Shown: positions 25,286-38,310 of the stretch, one piece after another
Numbering within the stretch: the first letter of the stretch is position 1
Layout of the letters: the number at the start of each line of letters is the position of its first letter
Source of the DNA: Octopus bimaculoides
Lineage: Eukaryota
Assembly (NCBI RefSeq): GCF_001194135.2
Contig: NC_068990.1
Coordinates: 72,675,465 to 72,739,464, forward strand
Direction: 5' to 3'
Length of the DNA stretch: 64,000 bases
Translations under genes and position numbers: made by a program
Notes under the pieces: model-generated
What the model was told of the DNA's origin: nothing
What the model saw: only the letters and a program-made list of their open reading frames with translations
Database searches by the model: none

Positions 25286-26298
25286 CTTGAGAAACAGTTT
25301 AGAAAAGAAAATAGCTTATGAAACACAATTATAAAATGTGTTAACTATTCAAGGTAAAAAAAAAAAAACCCAAAAAACCCACATTACCAATGGTAATGCT
25401 CCAATTAAATCTTAATAATGACAACTGGAACTTTCTGAAGAACTAAAGGGTGACCAATTCAGTTAATGACACCTCTTAATGGGCAACGTGAGCAACTAAT
25501 TGTACAGTTGCCACTTTATATACTTTGCACTGCAACAAACGTGTTATATTATGGGCTTTCACTTCATATTCTCAGTTTGGGAATTTATTCAAATAACCCA
25601 TTCATGGTATTTAAATCTCTTCAACAAAAGAGTAAAAACTAATTCTCCTTTCACTAACTTTATAAAAACAGACAAAAATAAATTAACTAGATACTTTCCC
25701 TTATGAAACGATCGAGTGACTTCATCAAATATTCTATGCAAAAGTAGCTTCAAAGTTTCCTGACTTTCTTTTCTGTGATTACTAACTGATCAAATTAAAA
25801 ATCAATACACTGGTTTCCATTTCACGTGGAACTTATTCAGCTTTTATTTATTTTTATTTTTGTTTTCCCGATTTTATTATTATGTGATTTAATAAGAAAA
25901 TGATAAAATGAAACTTTCTCTCAAGGTGTCCATAAATATGCTTGTATCCATTTCTTAAATAAGATTAAGTAGAATCTGGAGGTGAAGTCAGTTGTGGTTA
26001 ATGTACTGGATTTCTTTCTGACGACTAATGTATTGTTTTATATCAGTAAGAGGAGAAGAAAGAATAAAAATTACCGAGATTGTTGATCATAAATGAGCTC
26101 TAGAAGGCACCTACTGTACATTTACATTATTTTCTACAATGACAGCGCAAAAAAAAAAGATAAAAATAAATAAATAAATGCTGCCCATAACTGTGTAATA
26201 ATAACTATAATATATGGTTTATTAGGGAACTGAGGTGAATTATATATTCCTACATTGAAATCCCTCAAATAAAGAAGATGATGATGATAATAATAATG

Positions 26299-26336
<38 letters not shown>

Positions 26337-29300
26337 CATGATCATGATAATTTCAAATTTTAGCACAAGGCCAGCAAGTTTGGGGGAGGCAGTAAGTTGA
26401 TTACATTGATCCAAGTGCTCAACTGGTACTTATTTTATCAATTTGGAAAGGATGATGGCATCTCAGTGGCTATAAAGCTGGATGATGATGATGATGAAGA
26501 AAAAAAAGAAAAGACTCTGACAATCAGTAACTTCAGATTTTCAGGTAGTTGGAACTGTACCCATTGACCATAGTGACATTTGAAAATATCTTCAGTCCTG
26601 CTAAGTTCGAATTAGTCAGCAGCTGGAGGGAATATGATTTGTAATCCATTGTTGATAATTACATCAGTTCTTTATGGGGTTGAGAATCACCCAACTCCAG
26701 CTGAATTATATCACACAGCTGTAGACAGGTAGGATAGAAGGTGTAGTTTTCTACTTTAGGGTAGCAAAGAAAAAAATGAGTTGACAATCTTAAGCTTCAG
26801 TCCTCTGTTGGACTACAGAAAATGTACTATGAATATGCCTTTTTGTAAAACCTACAGAGCTAGCCTCCTGAAAATACACATCTCTAATTAGTTAATCTAA
26901 AGCAACCGACTATGTTCGTCACAACTACAGGAGCCTAATGGAATATCAATTGATTAATTAGCAATGTCGATTAATAACTTTGCTGAGGTAACAACAAGCC
27001 TCCCATTGTATTCCATTAATGTGTTTTTCTTTTTTTAATTACAATACTATTTTCTTTATATGTGAAACAGACTGGACCATCTTATCTATATTATTTCTGT
27101 ACTCTATATTTTTTTCCAACAAGTAACACTCAATAAAATTCCACAGATGAAGGATACCTCCTATTTTAAATTGCATAGATTATTGTAATTTAATTTCAAA
27201 GCATTACTTAATCTTATGAATACATTAAATGAATGTATGCAAAAATCAGACAAACTTGGTAACTTGTAAAATATATCAACTCATCTGGATGCAGAAGGAA
27301 GGATACAGAAAAACTATGATTTTTATACATCTTAGCTGCTTGTGATTTTAACTCCCAATAACATTTTGTCATCATCCAATGCTTACTTACACTTCACATT
27401 TTCAATAAAGTCTGGCATACTTTAATTATTTTTCTCTGCTGAAATTTTTGTGAGAATATTCTTTGTCAGACTAGGTGAAAATGTAAAGACTCATAAAAGA
27501 TTGGACACAAAGTTGGTCCTTGGCAATTTCTTACTTGTAACATGAATGAGAAAAGCAAGACACATTGAATACTATTTTTCACTTGCAAAGACTTCTCAAC
27601 ATTGAACAGCTAGAGTGAATACAAGTTAAAGTCACTTTAATTGCAGACATTGCTTTTAGCAAATATCACAAACTACAGTTCTTCAATAACCATTATCCTG
27701 CTTTTGTTCTAACACTCTGTTATTGTTGTTGTTTTCTACATTTATGGCCATTGGTTAGAATGCTTTGCTATCCATATTCACTCGGCATGCAATGATGCTT
27801 ATACAATGAACATCTAATCTGTCTCTTTTGTTGTTTTGACACATCTACAAATGTAGTCTTCACAGAAATTCTTTTTCTTTAACTCACATGGAGACAGAAT
27901 GCAATGATTCCATTTCAAAATATCATGCCATACATTAAAGAAAACAAAAAAAAAAAATCCTTTCTTTTCAACTACACCAATATGGAGAACTGAAGTGTAT
28001 AGATATATATCTCTTCTTTATCCTACATTTGAAGAGAAGATTTTTTTTTCTTTTTAATGGAAAAAAAATGAGAATAGAAGATAATAGCATTTCATATGTA
28101 TCACAGAATATAGAAATATTATAATATAGAAACTAAAACTAAAACGCATAAGTATCATTGATCAAAATCCAATTTCTGACACTAAAAGCAATATGTTAGT
28201 ATTATTTCAGAATGCTCCATTCTAAATATATCTCTATCCCAAACAAGAACCAATTATTTTGCTTTGATGGCTATATTAGGCATGCTGCTGACTATGACTA
28301 AAATATACAATGCTATTGCTTTTAATAATATAATTTAAGCCAACAGACAAACCTATTGGAGAGCGATGACTTATTTATCTAAAAATCTGATTATATAAAA
28401 TAAATAGATCTGTTTGTGAAAATAATTATTTTCGCAGAATAATTATTTATAATTTCAATTATATGTCCATCACAAACTAGCCATATATTTTGATACCTTA
28501 GCTACTGGAGATAATTTACTTAATTTATGAATAAAACAGCCAATACCAAGTCAGGCAGCAATATATTACAAAAAAAAGAAAGAAAAGAAAAGAAAAGAAA
28601 AGGTAAAAAAAGAAAAAAATATTTGAGATAATTCTAATATTTTTATCACTAAATCCTTCGCACCACTAAATCAGTAATTACAGAAGAGCAAAAACAGTAT
28701 TAAAACAAATTAAAGAACCTTGAGTTGATATAGAAGTGTAATTCAGTTGACTTTCTGAAAAAATTACTGATTCGTTCTATAGGCACACAGCCGTGAGGAG
28801 TCAAACTAGGAGGTTGTAATATTTGTGTTTTTTCCAAGATTACAAGTAGAATAAATGAAAGTGAATTACTTCAACCAGAACTACTGTAGTTTATCTCCGG
28901 CTATATTATACGGAATTTACTTAAGTTGTAACTGACTAAATGCTATCCTTCATTCAAAAACTTTTCAAATCTCAATTTTTTTTTTCTTTCTCTTTTCGTT
29001 ATAATGTTAACATTTGAAATGAAGATATAAGCTTGCAGCTAATGCACTCTTAAGTTAAATAAAACCGTCTGTTGGTTCTAACTTTAAAATGTTGCTTTTA
29101 AATAACAGAAAAGGGAGAATGTAATGTTTCCAAAAATGAATGTAGATCAATTTTCTATTGCATTACTTAAGTGAAAAAACAATAATTAGTCATAATACTG
29201 TCAACAAGACAAGCAGAGAATGTTTGGCAATGAAATAAAGGCAGTGGTTTAATGTGTGCTGTATGGCTATTATCCAGAAACTTTAAAACAGTTTGAACAG

Positions 29301-30032
29301 GCAATACTCTTGATATAAAAAACTTATTTTATCAATGTTGTAACCAGTGATTTTGTTTTTAATTTTATTTTTAAGTGAATTAGGAAACATTTTTTGAACC
29401 TTAAATCTTGGCAGTCGGCTTTCAGCTCTCTATTCTACTTTGTCAATTGATTCTTGTTTATTCAAACAAAAAAGACAATAACCAATACCTAAGCAACATT
29501 TCACAAAAATAATAGCATAAAGTCTGTTTGTTATCTACTCTGCTTTAGACATATTTATATCAAAAAATTCTCTGCCAGATCTCCTGTTTCATTTATTTAT
29601 TTTTGGATCAAAAAGTTCTTTAAACATGAGTAGCTACTGATTGTATACACAGCTTTCATGTTCCTCATGAAGTCCTGCTCAAATTACCAGGAATAGTCTT
29701 ACATTAGATGTAATGTAGAGACCATTGTTGTGATGAGTTTTCTGCTGTTATTTGTATCAAGGCCCTATGAATTCACGAAATGATACTCACTCAAACATAC
29801 TTGACACACCTGTTATTACGTACTGGTCACTGATGTGTATTCCTTAAATTGTATTTTAAATACTTTTGCTAAAAACTACCTCCAATATCCATCTTTCCAT
29901 GTGATATTAATTCTAATATTAACTCTACTAACTTTAACTCAATCCTTCTGGTTGAGGAAGGGTGTATAGGGCAAAGAAATATTTTTGTTTTAAAAATTAA
30001 TACAACTTGATACTATCATATATGCTTTGAAA

Positions 30033-30090
<58 letters not shown>

Positions 30091-31822
30091 TACATGAAAC
30101 TTTTGTGAATTATTTTGTGAAGTGCAAGTTAAAAACCAGACTAATTACTATAGCTAATAAATATTTTTAATGTAAATATTTCTTTTTAAGAATTGCAGTT
30201 ATGGTTGAGGAAGGCTATACAGGACAAAGGAATTCTTTTTTCCTTTTTCAATAAATATAACTTGATGCTATGATATATATTTTCAAATTCATATAAATCA
30301 AATATATTTAATTTTAAGAATAGAAATAGTCTTGGAATGCAAGATTTTTATGGACTGTTATGTTCTTAAAGTTGTCCATGAATTAAACTACAGAATCTTC
30401 TAAGTTATAAAAAATTATGAATTTCATGTGTGCTAGATTAAAGTTTCATTCTATTTAAAAATGATTTTGCTGTATCAAGTAATACAGTAAAAAGAGTATA
30501 ACCAAATGTTAAATAAAAAAGAGTATTTTCTGAATTCATTATAAGATACAGTACTTTGATATATCAGTCCAGATCAGAGGGAGATTGTGTAAGTAATATT
30601 TCAGGGAATGCTAGTTATTTGAAAAATGGCAATAGAAAAGATGGCATTACAAGCATCACAGTAAATCTGATTAAGAAAAGTAGATCTTTGATAATTCATA
30701 GAAAAAAGTAAAATTATTATTACCTTTTTAAAACATCAATATTATTTTTGATGTTTTGATATTATAAGTTTTTTTCCTATTTCCTTAATATAAACCAATG
30801 TGATAATTTTACACTGTTAATATATAAAATCCTCCCAATATATTTTTGACTTATCTTACATTCTATTTCTTTAGCTGTGGTGAATTCTAGACATTCTGGA
30901 GTACAACTTAAGTTCCACAAAAATTTTCTTATATGAAATACCATTTCAGTCTTGTTTATTTAGCATCTCCTTCTGCTTTGGAAATTAGCATGAATATTTA
31001 TATGTATTATCTTCATGTAACATTCCTGTGAGCAGGTGTGGGTTAGGTGTTAACAGGTCAGATTTAAACCAAGTTATCACTAATTCTTTCTCCATATTCT
31101 AATGGTTGGTATGAGAGGGGGCACAACAGCAGCAAAGATATATGTGTCAATTACAAATGCTCTTGTATTCAAATATTAACATAGGTTTTCTGATAATGTG
31201 ACAGTTGTAGCCAAACAGATGAATGGAATCCATGCCAACATTGGAAAGAAAAAAAAAAAAAGGATGCTAAACAAAATGATGACAGCATTTAGAAGAAGTA
31301 ACATGATATACCACCACAGTAAAGTGTACTGTATGACCTTTTACATTTACGATTTTTAATTTTTTTTTTCTTATTTATATTAACACCTACTAAGAATAAA
31401 GTATACATTAAAAATATCTTTAGAAATGCTGCCAAATTTTAAAAAGGCTGAAATTCATAAACAATCAGAAGCAATATTTTCTTCTAATAAAACTCGAATA
31501 AATAATGTTTCTAGGTGAAATAAAAAGTGAGTGAAACAAAGTTAACAGCCAATGACTAGTCAAGTGACCTGGCTGGCTATTATGACTGAATGATACATGT
31601 AGTGTTAAACTCTTACAGTCAGATGAAAGATGTTGGGAATCTAGCCAATCTTGACCAAAGAATATAATGGAACTTGACAGATTCTACGCCAAAATGGATT
31701 CAGACACCTAGCAACAACAGATATAGCCTATTTGATACTAACCAGCTTTTTAGTTTTTGGCATGCATTGAAAAATCACTAAAACTGGACATCTTCCGTGT
31801 GTTATTGATCTTGGCAACATAC

Positions 31823-31852
31823 CTAAGATGTTCATTGAGACTTTGTTCTAGT
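31823..31852 (-). CDS. Candidate 30-nt symmetric microexon: xLEQSLNEHL(R/S)
   Basis: Acceptor tctaatttttcag and donor ttag|gtatgt. Frame-preserving, phase 2 to phase 2. Confidence 0.45.
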
Positions 31853-33812
31853 CTGAAAAATTAGATCATATACATGTGTGTGTGTGTGTGTGTATGTATG
31901 AACACATTTATATTAGTTACTGTTGGCTAACAAAAGGAGTCAGTTCAATCTAGCAAATTAATGGTTTAATTTCGTTTAACTTGATGGGTTAATAATGATT
32001 ATAATAGTGTTGCAACATTAAGCTTTACATACTACAAAATTAATGTGTTTAGGAACAACCATATGTTTAGCATCAATCTTGAAAGAATGATACCCATCTT
32101 CTCTCTCTCTCTCTCTCTCTCTTTCTACCGTTTACAGCTGTACAATTTAGCTCCTGCCAAATGATTAACACTCTTCCTTTCATCTTTAATTCATCAAAGT
32201 CTTTTGAAACATAACACCTCAATTTTAGTCAAACTCCTTAGAGCTTTATTCTAAATTTAATTAATCCAGCTGATTGCTTGATATATTCCCTATAGATCAT
32301 TTTACAGTGGCACCCATTCCATTATGGCTCATCAGTTTGTTAATGTGACTTAGACCTTCAGTTTCACTCAATCTATCATCTGTCTTGTCTTTCCTCCACA
32401 TGTATCAGATAAATGACAACAGCATTAGCAGTAAACACCAAACATTACTGAACATTCCTGCTCGCCATGCATACCCAAGAGATCAACTTATATCATTCAT
32501 TAAATCTCTTCCCACTCCATATTTTGTCCCTATTGCCACTATTCCTATTGACAAGTCAATATAACATTTGTAGCAGGGAAAACAAAATTAAAAAGAAAAA
32601 ACAACTTAGGTATCAATGAAATAAAAACAGTTTTATGAGTGTGTGCTGTTATTTAGTTATTGGGAAGATGAATTCCTTGTTACCTTTGCATTTTACCACT
32701 ACATCATTTCATGCAAACATAGTGACGGTTAATTTTTGTAATTGCACATACAAAAAAAAAAAAAAAATGACATCCATACAGAAAAAATATGCATATGCAT
32801 TACTAAGATGTGCACGCACACATACACACACATATGCATGCACACAGAGCTGTGTTAATAAACGTGATTTAACTAAATCATAAAAGGGTATTTAAGTACT
32901 TTTGGCAGCATTCCTATTATTAATTATGAGAGAGCGAGAATGAAAAAAGAGAGGAAGAGAGAGAGAGAGAGAGAGAGAGGAAGAGAGAGAGAGAGAGTGA
33001 GAGAGAGAGAGAGTGAGTGAGTGTGTGTGTGCAAGCATAATGAAGAGAATAGATAAATTCTAGGGATGCTGTAAGTTATATGATTGGTATTCAAAAGAAT
33101 GTTAATCTAATTCCCATCTTAAAATACTTGCATTTTCTGTTTATTGGCTTGTGATTTGATAAATTATTCCTAAATAGTTTAAACATTTGTTCAGCAGCCA
33201 ATATATCTATAACTTAAACACTTATATTATAAGCCAAGAATATAATCTTTAGTGCAAGTAACACCAAAATAACATCTTGGAATATAACATAAGTAAATAT
33301 ATTAATGTTAAACATCCTAATCTTACAGAAATTATAAATTCTTAAACAAATGAGAACTATATTAACATTATTATATTTTCAGAGAATTGTCCCACTCAAT
33401 CAAATATATGAAAAAAAAAAAAATCTAACTTTTTATTAAATATTTTTTATATTTGTTTTTGTTGGTTTATATGAAATAGATAATGAGTTTTGATACATTC
33501 CCAAATTAGCTGAGCAGGTGTTTTAATCCTACTGAATACTCTAATGCAGCAACCTTTTTCAAGAAATGGGCCACACGAGACATGGCTCATCATCAGGTGG
33601 GCAGCATTACTTACAAAAAAAAAAAAAACCATTCAGAAAGTCATAAAGGATGCGGTTTTGCCCATGATTCATCTTATGAGCCATTTTCCATTTCTCGGCA
33701 AGTTGTATTGAAGTTAAATGTGTAATATTGCTGTGCTCAAGCTTTTAAACTTACCAACTTATTCACAATCTGTGAAACTGCCAGGAACCAAACTTGTGAG
33801 ATTATTATTTAA

Positions 33813-34032
33813 CATTTTAGCATTCCGATTACTCTATCAAATGTAATATTTATTTATTCAAATTGTTTTTAATTAATCATGCATTATCTCATAGCTTTCA
33901 GATTTCAATCATCTGATTGTCTATTTTCAGATTGACATTGTAGTATATGTATGAGAGGCAAGATCTGGCCAATTTGAAAATGTAACAGGTAGAATATTTG
34001 GACCAGATGTGCCCAGTTTGAATGCTGATGGG
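33813..34032. mobile_element. piggyBac-like MITE (uninterrupted copy)
   Basis: TTAA at 33809-33812, cattttagcatt start and aatgctgatggg end followed by tgaa. Homologous to the 10.6-11.2 kb copy. A further intact left end ttaaccctttagcattcaga is at 63371. Confidence 0.7.
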
Positions 34033-34119
34033 TGAAAGCTCTTCGCCATGCTAAGGAATTACCTTCTATTAACACAATAAGAAGAAAAAGTTTGGCAACT
34101 TAATAAACAATTATATAAA

Positions 34120-34474
34120 GACCCCATTCAGTCATGAATGACCATGGGATAGCACCAAGAAAGTTACCTCCCAAGGCATAAGTCCAGGCAAGGTTGTTTA
34201 TGGAAGACCAGCAGTCACCCATGCATACCAGCCTCCTTTCTCCATGCCACTGATGTTATCCAAGGGAAAGGCAAAGGCTGATACAGCTTGGCACCCGTGA
34301 TGTCACAACTCATTTCTACAGCTGAGTGAACTGGAGCTACATGAAATAAAGTATCTTGCTCAAGAACACAAGACACAGCCCAGTCCAGGAATCACTACAT
34401 CATGATTGTGACTTGAACTCTCTATATCATGATTGCAAGCCCAATGCTGTAACCAATGAGCCAGGTGCCTTCAC
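34120..34474 (-). mobile_element. tRNA-head SINE (gtgaaggc-head family)
   Basis: Ends ...aaccaatgagccaggtgccttcac. Internal ctgagtgaactggagc..atgaaataaagtatcttgctcaagaacaca. A related fragment is at about 123-250. Confidence 0.7.
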
Positions 34475-36205
34475 ATATAAGGCCCTGAATTAGCAGCTAA
34501 ATAAAAACTAAAGTTCTATCAAATCCTTGTGAAATACCAAGATGATTTTTTCTTTCTTTGTTTTAAGCTGCCAAAGAACTATCTTTCTTAACCCATTTTA
34601 TTACCACCATCCAACTGAGACTCCACCCAGGTCATAGGATACAAAACTTTCAGCATTGAAGTGTGTCTATTTAAAGTGGAAGCAACTCTATCATAATTTT
34701 AATAAGAACCTTTTGTTTAGTTAGATTTCAAATACCAAATACTTTTACTTCACTAAACCACTCAAAAGTTGTTTTAACTATTTAAAAAAAAAAAAAATTG
34801 AAACACATGGGCAGTTTGTTTTATTAGAAATACAGTCCCTCTCTCTCACTGACATGCATGCACACACAGAAGCACAGAGCCACCTGTATATTTAGAAGAC
34901 AGAAGTGAATTGTGTGATGCTCATGCCTACCTGATTATAATTCAGCAAGTCAACAATACTGTTATTAACTTACGTTTCTACACATCACCTGATTATTTAA
35001 ACATTTTCTCATTCTATACAATAACTTGTTCAGCAAGATTCAAAATATTGCGGCCAGTGGCTGTTTTAATGCCAAACTTGTCAGGAATTTGGATACCCAC
35101 TACACCAGTATAATGCAACAGAACATACAACTTGATAATATATCATGAATATTTATAATAAATAAAAGTCAAAACTCATTTGAATAAATAATAAAATAAA
35201 ACAAAAATAAACTGCTGATCGATAAAGAAAGTGGATGTTGATAATCAGCAAAACTATACAGTAGTATACAATTTCTGCAATTAAACTGTTCATTATAGTG
35301 AGCAGATGCAAATTATGAGGATTTAAGTTATACAGTTATAGCAATCTAGTATATTATTATTTTTCTGTTGAGTATGAAATAAATCTAAGTAAATTAATGA
35401 TAAAATATAAAACTAATATTTACTTAATTGATAGTAAGAAGAAAAACATCAATATTAATTTTTGGTATATTCCATATATAATAGTAGTTGATATTGATTA
35501 CATTTTTTTCTTGTCCTTCTACAAATCGCAGGCTTTCAAAATCTAAAAAGTGAAAAAACTTAATCCATGTGAAATATTTTGAAACTTAAAGAAATATATA
35601 TATGTATATATTTATGTAGGAGTTGCTATAAATTCTTATAACAGTTGTCAAACAGAGTAAAAGAAAAAAAAATAAATAAACAGATGGCACAGAAAATTTG
35701 AAGTAAATATCTATAAAGACAAAAATTAAAAAAAAAAAAAAAACTTAATTTCACTGAAGTTCACCCAGAAAGATGTCTAATTTTCATTCCTATTTCATCA
35801 CCATCATCATCATTAATATTGTTTAAAAAAAAAATTTATATGTATTTTTATCAATGCTTGGCAAGGAGTTACATGAATTTGGCAGGTAAATAACAATTAG
35901 AAATGATTCCTAAATTCACTGTGAAAGATAGAACTAACCTAGATTTTGATGATTACGCAATAGTAATAAATGTTTAATTTATTGAATAATACTATAATCT
36001 AGCTAATTAATTCTACATGCCCACTCCCTTACACACATGCATATTTGGTAATCATTTTATTAATTACCATTCAATTAACAAAAATGGAAGGTTTCCAAAA
36101 ATGCTAATGACTAAGAAAGTTCTATTTCAGTTATTAACAATACACACACACATACATATATATATATGTATATACATATGATATATACATGTGTGTGTGT
36201 ATATA

Positions 36206-36241
<36 letters not shown>

Positions 36242-36459
36242 TGTGTGTAGAATCACATATTCTAGTGCAGCTTTTAAGCCAAAGTATAAAATCAGCAAAT
36301 TTCTTATGATTCATAGATGTATTAACAGAGTGGATAAAATGCCAGGTTCCTGGTTTCCTGAACTTGAATTTGAGTATTGCTGCATGTTTTTGCATTGAAT
36401 TCTTTTGGAAAGCAACTTAATGTGTTTAAGATTTCATTCTATTTATAAGACTGTGATTA

Positions 36460-36832
36460 TTATTACCTCCGCCTTAGTGAAGGCAGAAGTATTGTTTTCA
36501 GTTGTGTTCGTTTGTTGGTCCATGAACAAGATATTTCAAGAACTGCTGGATGGATTTGGATGAAACTTTCATGGACGTTTGGCCTCGTGACTGGCACAAA
36601 CTAATTGAATTTTGGGATTGATCAAGTACCGGACAAAGATTCTGGATTATTTTTCCTGTTTTTTTTTTTTACTTAATTTTTGAGAGTGGTTGGGTTCATT
36701 TTTAGTATTCTCGTTTGTGAGAGCAGTCGAGTTTATTTCAGATATTCTCATTTTAAAAATCATCTCTGGCTAATCGATGAAAGGATGTTGGTGTTGTCTT
36801 GGCGGAAGTTTGCGCTCACTGAGTGCTCTTGT
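36460..36832 (+). mobile_element. Helentron-associated non-autonomous element (HINE/DINE-1-like)
   Basis: 5' ttacctccgcc and 3' ttggcggaagt form subterminal inverted repeats. A short hairpin gcgctca-c-tgagtgc lies just before the 3' end. T-rich flanks. Confidence 0.7.
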
Positions 36833-36837
36833 TATTA

Positions 36838-37247
36838 TTAAAATGCTTCACAGCATTTTGTCTGTCCTTACGTTCTGAGTTTAGATTCCAATGAGTATAA
36901 CTTTGCCTTTCATCCTTTTAGGATTGATAAAGTAAGTACCATTCGAACACTGGGGTCAATGTAATTGAGACTTAGCCCCTTCCTCGAACCTGTTAGCCTT
37001 GTGCCAACGTTTGAAACCATTATTGTTATGAGTTGGTGAGCTGAGCTGGCAGAATCGTTAGCACTCCAGGCAAAGTGCATAGCGCTATTTTGTCTGTCCT
37101 TGTGTTCTGAGTTCAAATTCTGCAGAGGTCAACACTGCCTTTCCTCCTTTCAGGGTTGATAAAGTAAGAACCCATTGAGTACTGGTGTCAATGTATTCAG
37201 CTTAACCCAACCCCCAAAACTGATGGCTTTGTGCCGAAATTTGAAAC

Positions 37248-37285
<38 letters not shown>

Positions 37286-37692
37286 AAACTGGAAAAGCAC
37301 TAAATAAAGAACCTTCTGACAGTTAAGACCATCTACATTCTATGTTTGAATGGTTTAGATGCTGACTTTGCTAATCAACATGTCAGAGGTCAATAAAAGA
37401 AGTGTTGGTCAAACTCATGGTATTGGCTAATTCCTTCCTCTTTCTGCCAAATTCCTGACCTTGTGGCTTAATTAGAGAGGTGTATTAAAAGGTATTGAGC
37501 AAGCGGAATCATTAGAGCATTGGAATAAATGATCTGCAGCATTTCTTCTCAATATTTACATTCATAGTTCAAATTCTACCAAGGACAACCTTGCCTTTCA
37601 TCTTTTTAAGGTCAGTTAAATAGAGTAACAAGAACCAGAGTCAATGGTATTAACTAACAGCATCTCCTAAAATTACTGGCTTTAGAAACAAA

Positions 37693-37731
<39 letters not shown>

Positions 37732-38310
37732 GGCAGCAAGCTAGCAGAATCATTAGCACACCAGGTGAAATGCCAAGCGGTATTTCATCTGCCACTACGT
37801 TCTGAGTTCAAATTCCACCGAGGCCGACTTTGCCTTTCATCCTTTCGGGGTCGATGAAATAAGTACCAGCTATGCATTAGGGTCAATGTGATCAACTAGC
37901 CCCTGCTTTCCCCCAAGAATTTTCAAGGGCCTGTGCCTAGAGTAGAAACAAATAATAATAATAATAATAATAATTATTATTATTATTATTATAATTAGAT
38001 AAAATGGTACAGCAGTGAATGAAGTACCTCCCAGCATTCAGTTACGTTCCTTTACATTATGTGTTCAAATCCTGTTGAAGTTGACTTCACCTTACATCCT
38101 GCAGCAGTCGATAAAATAAGTACCAGTACGACCACGTGTTTCTGTTAAGAACACGTTGCCACTTTGCATTCCAAGTTCAAAATCCTACTGGTGGTCATCT
38201 TCGCCTTTCATTCTTCCAGGAACAATTTAAATAAAGTACCAGTAGCACTGGTTTAATAAACCAATTCACTTCTGCCTCATATTTCTGGCCTTGTGCCTGT
38301 CTTAGAAGTT
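36838..38310 (+). mobile_element. Head-to-tail stack of at least six family B SINEs
   Basis: Repeated A-box-like tggcagaatcgttagc, B-box-like gagttcaaattc and core tttgcctttcatcc...aagtacca. Units start near 36838, 37035, 37490, 37731, 38005 and 38150, most separated by (ATT)n/(AAT)n tracts. Confidence 0.85.

Noticed and set aside
37035-37130. tRNA-like A-box and B-box motifs
   Set aside because: They are SINE heads continuing into SINE body sequence; no cloverleaf is evident.
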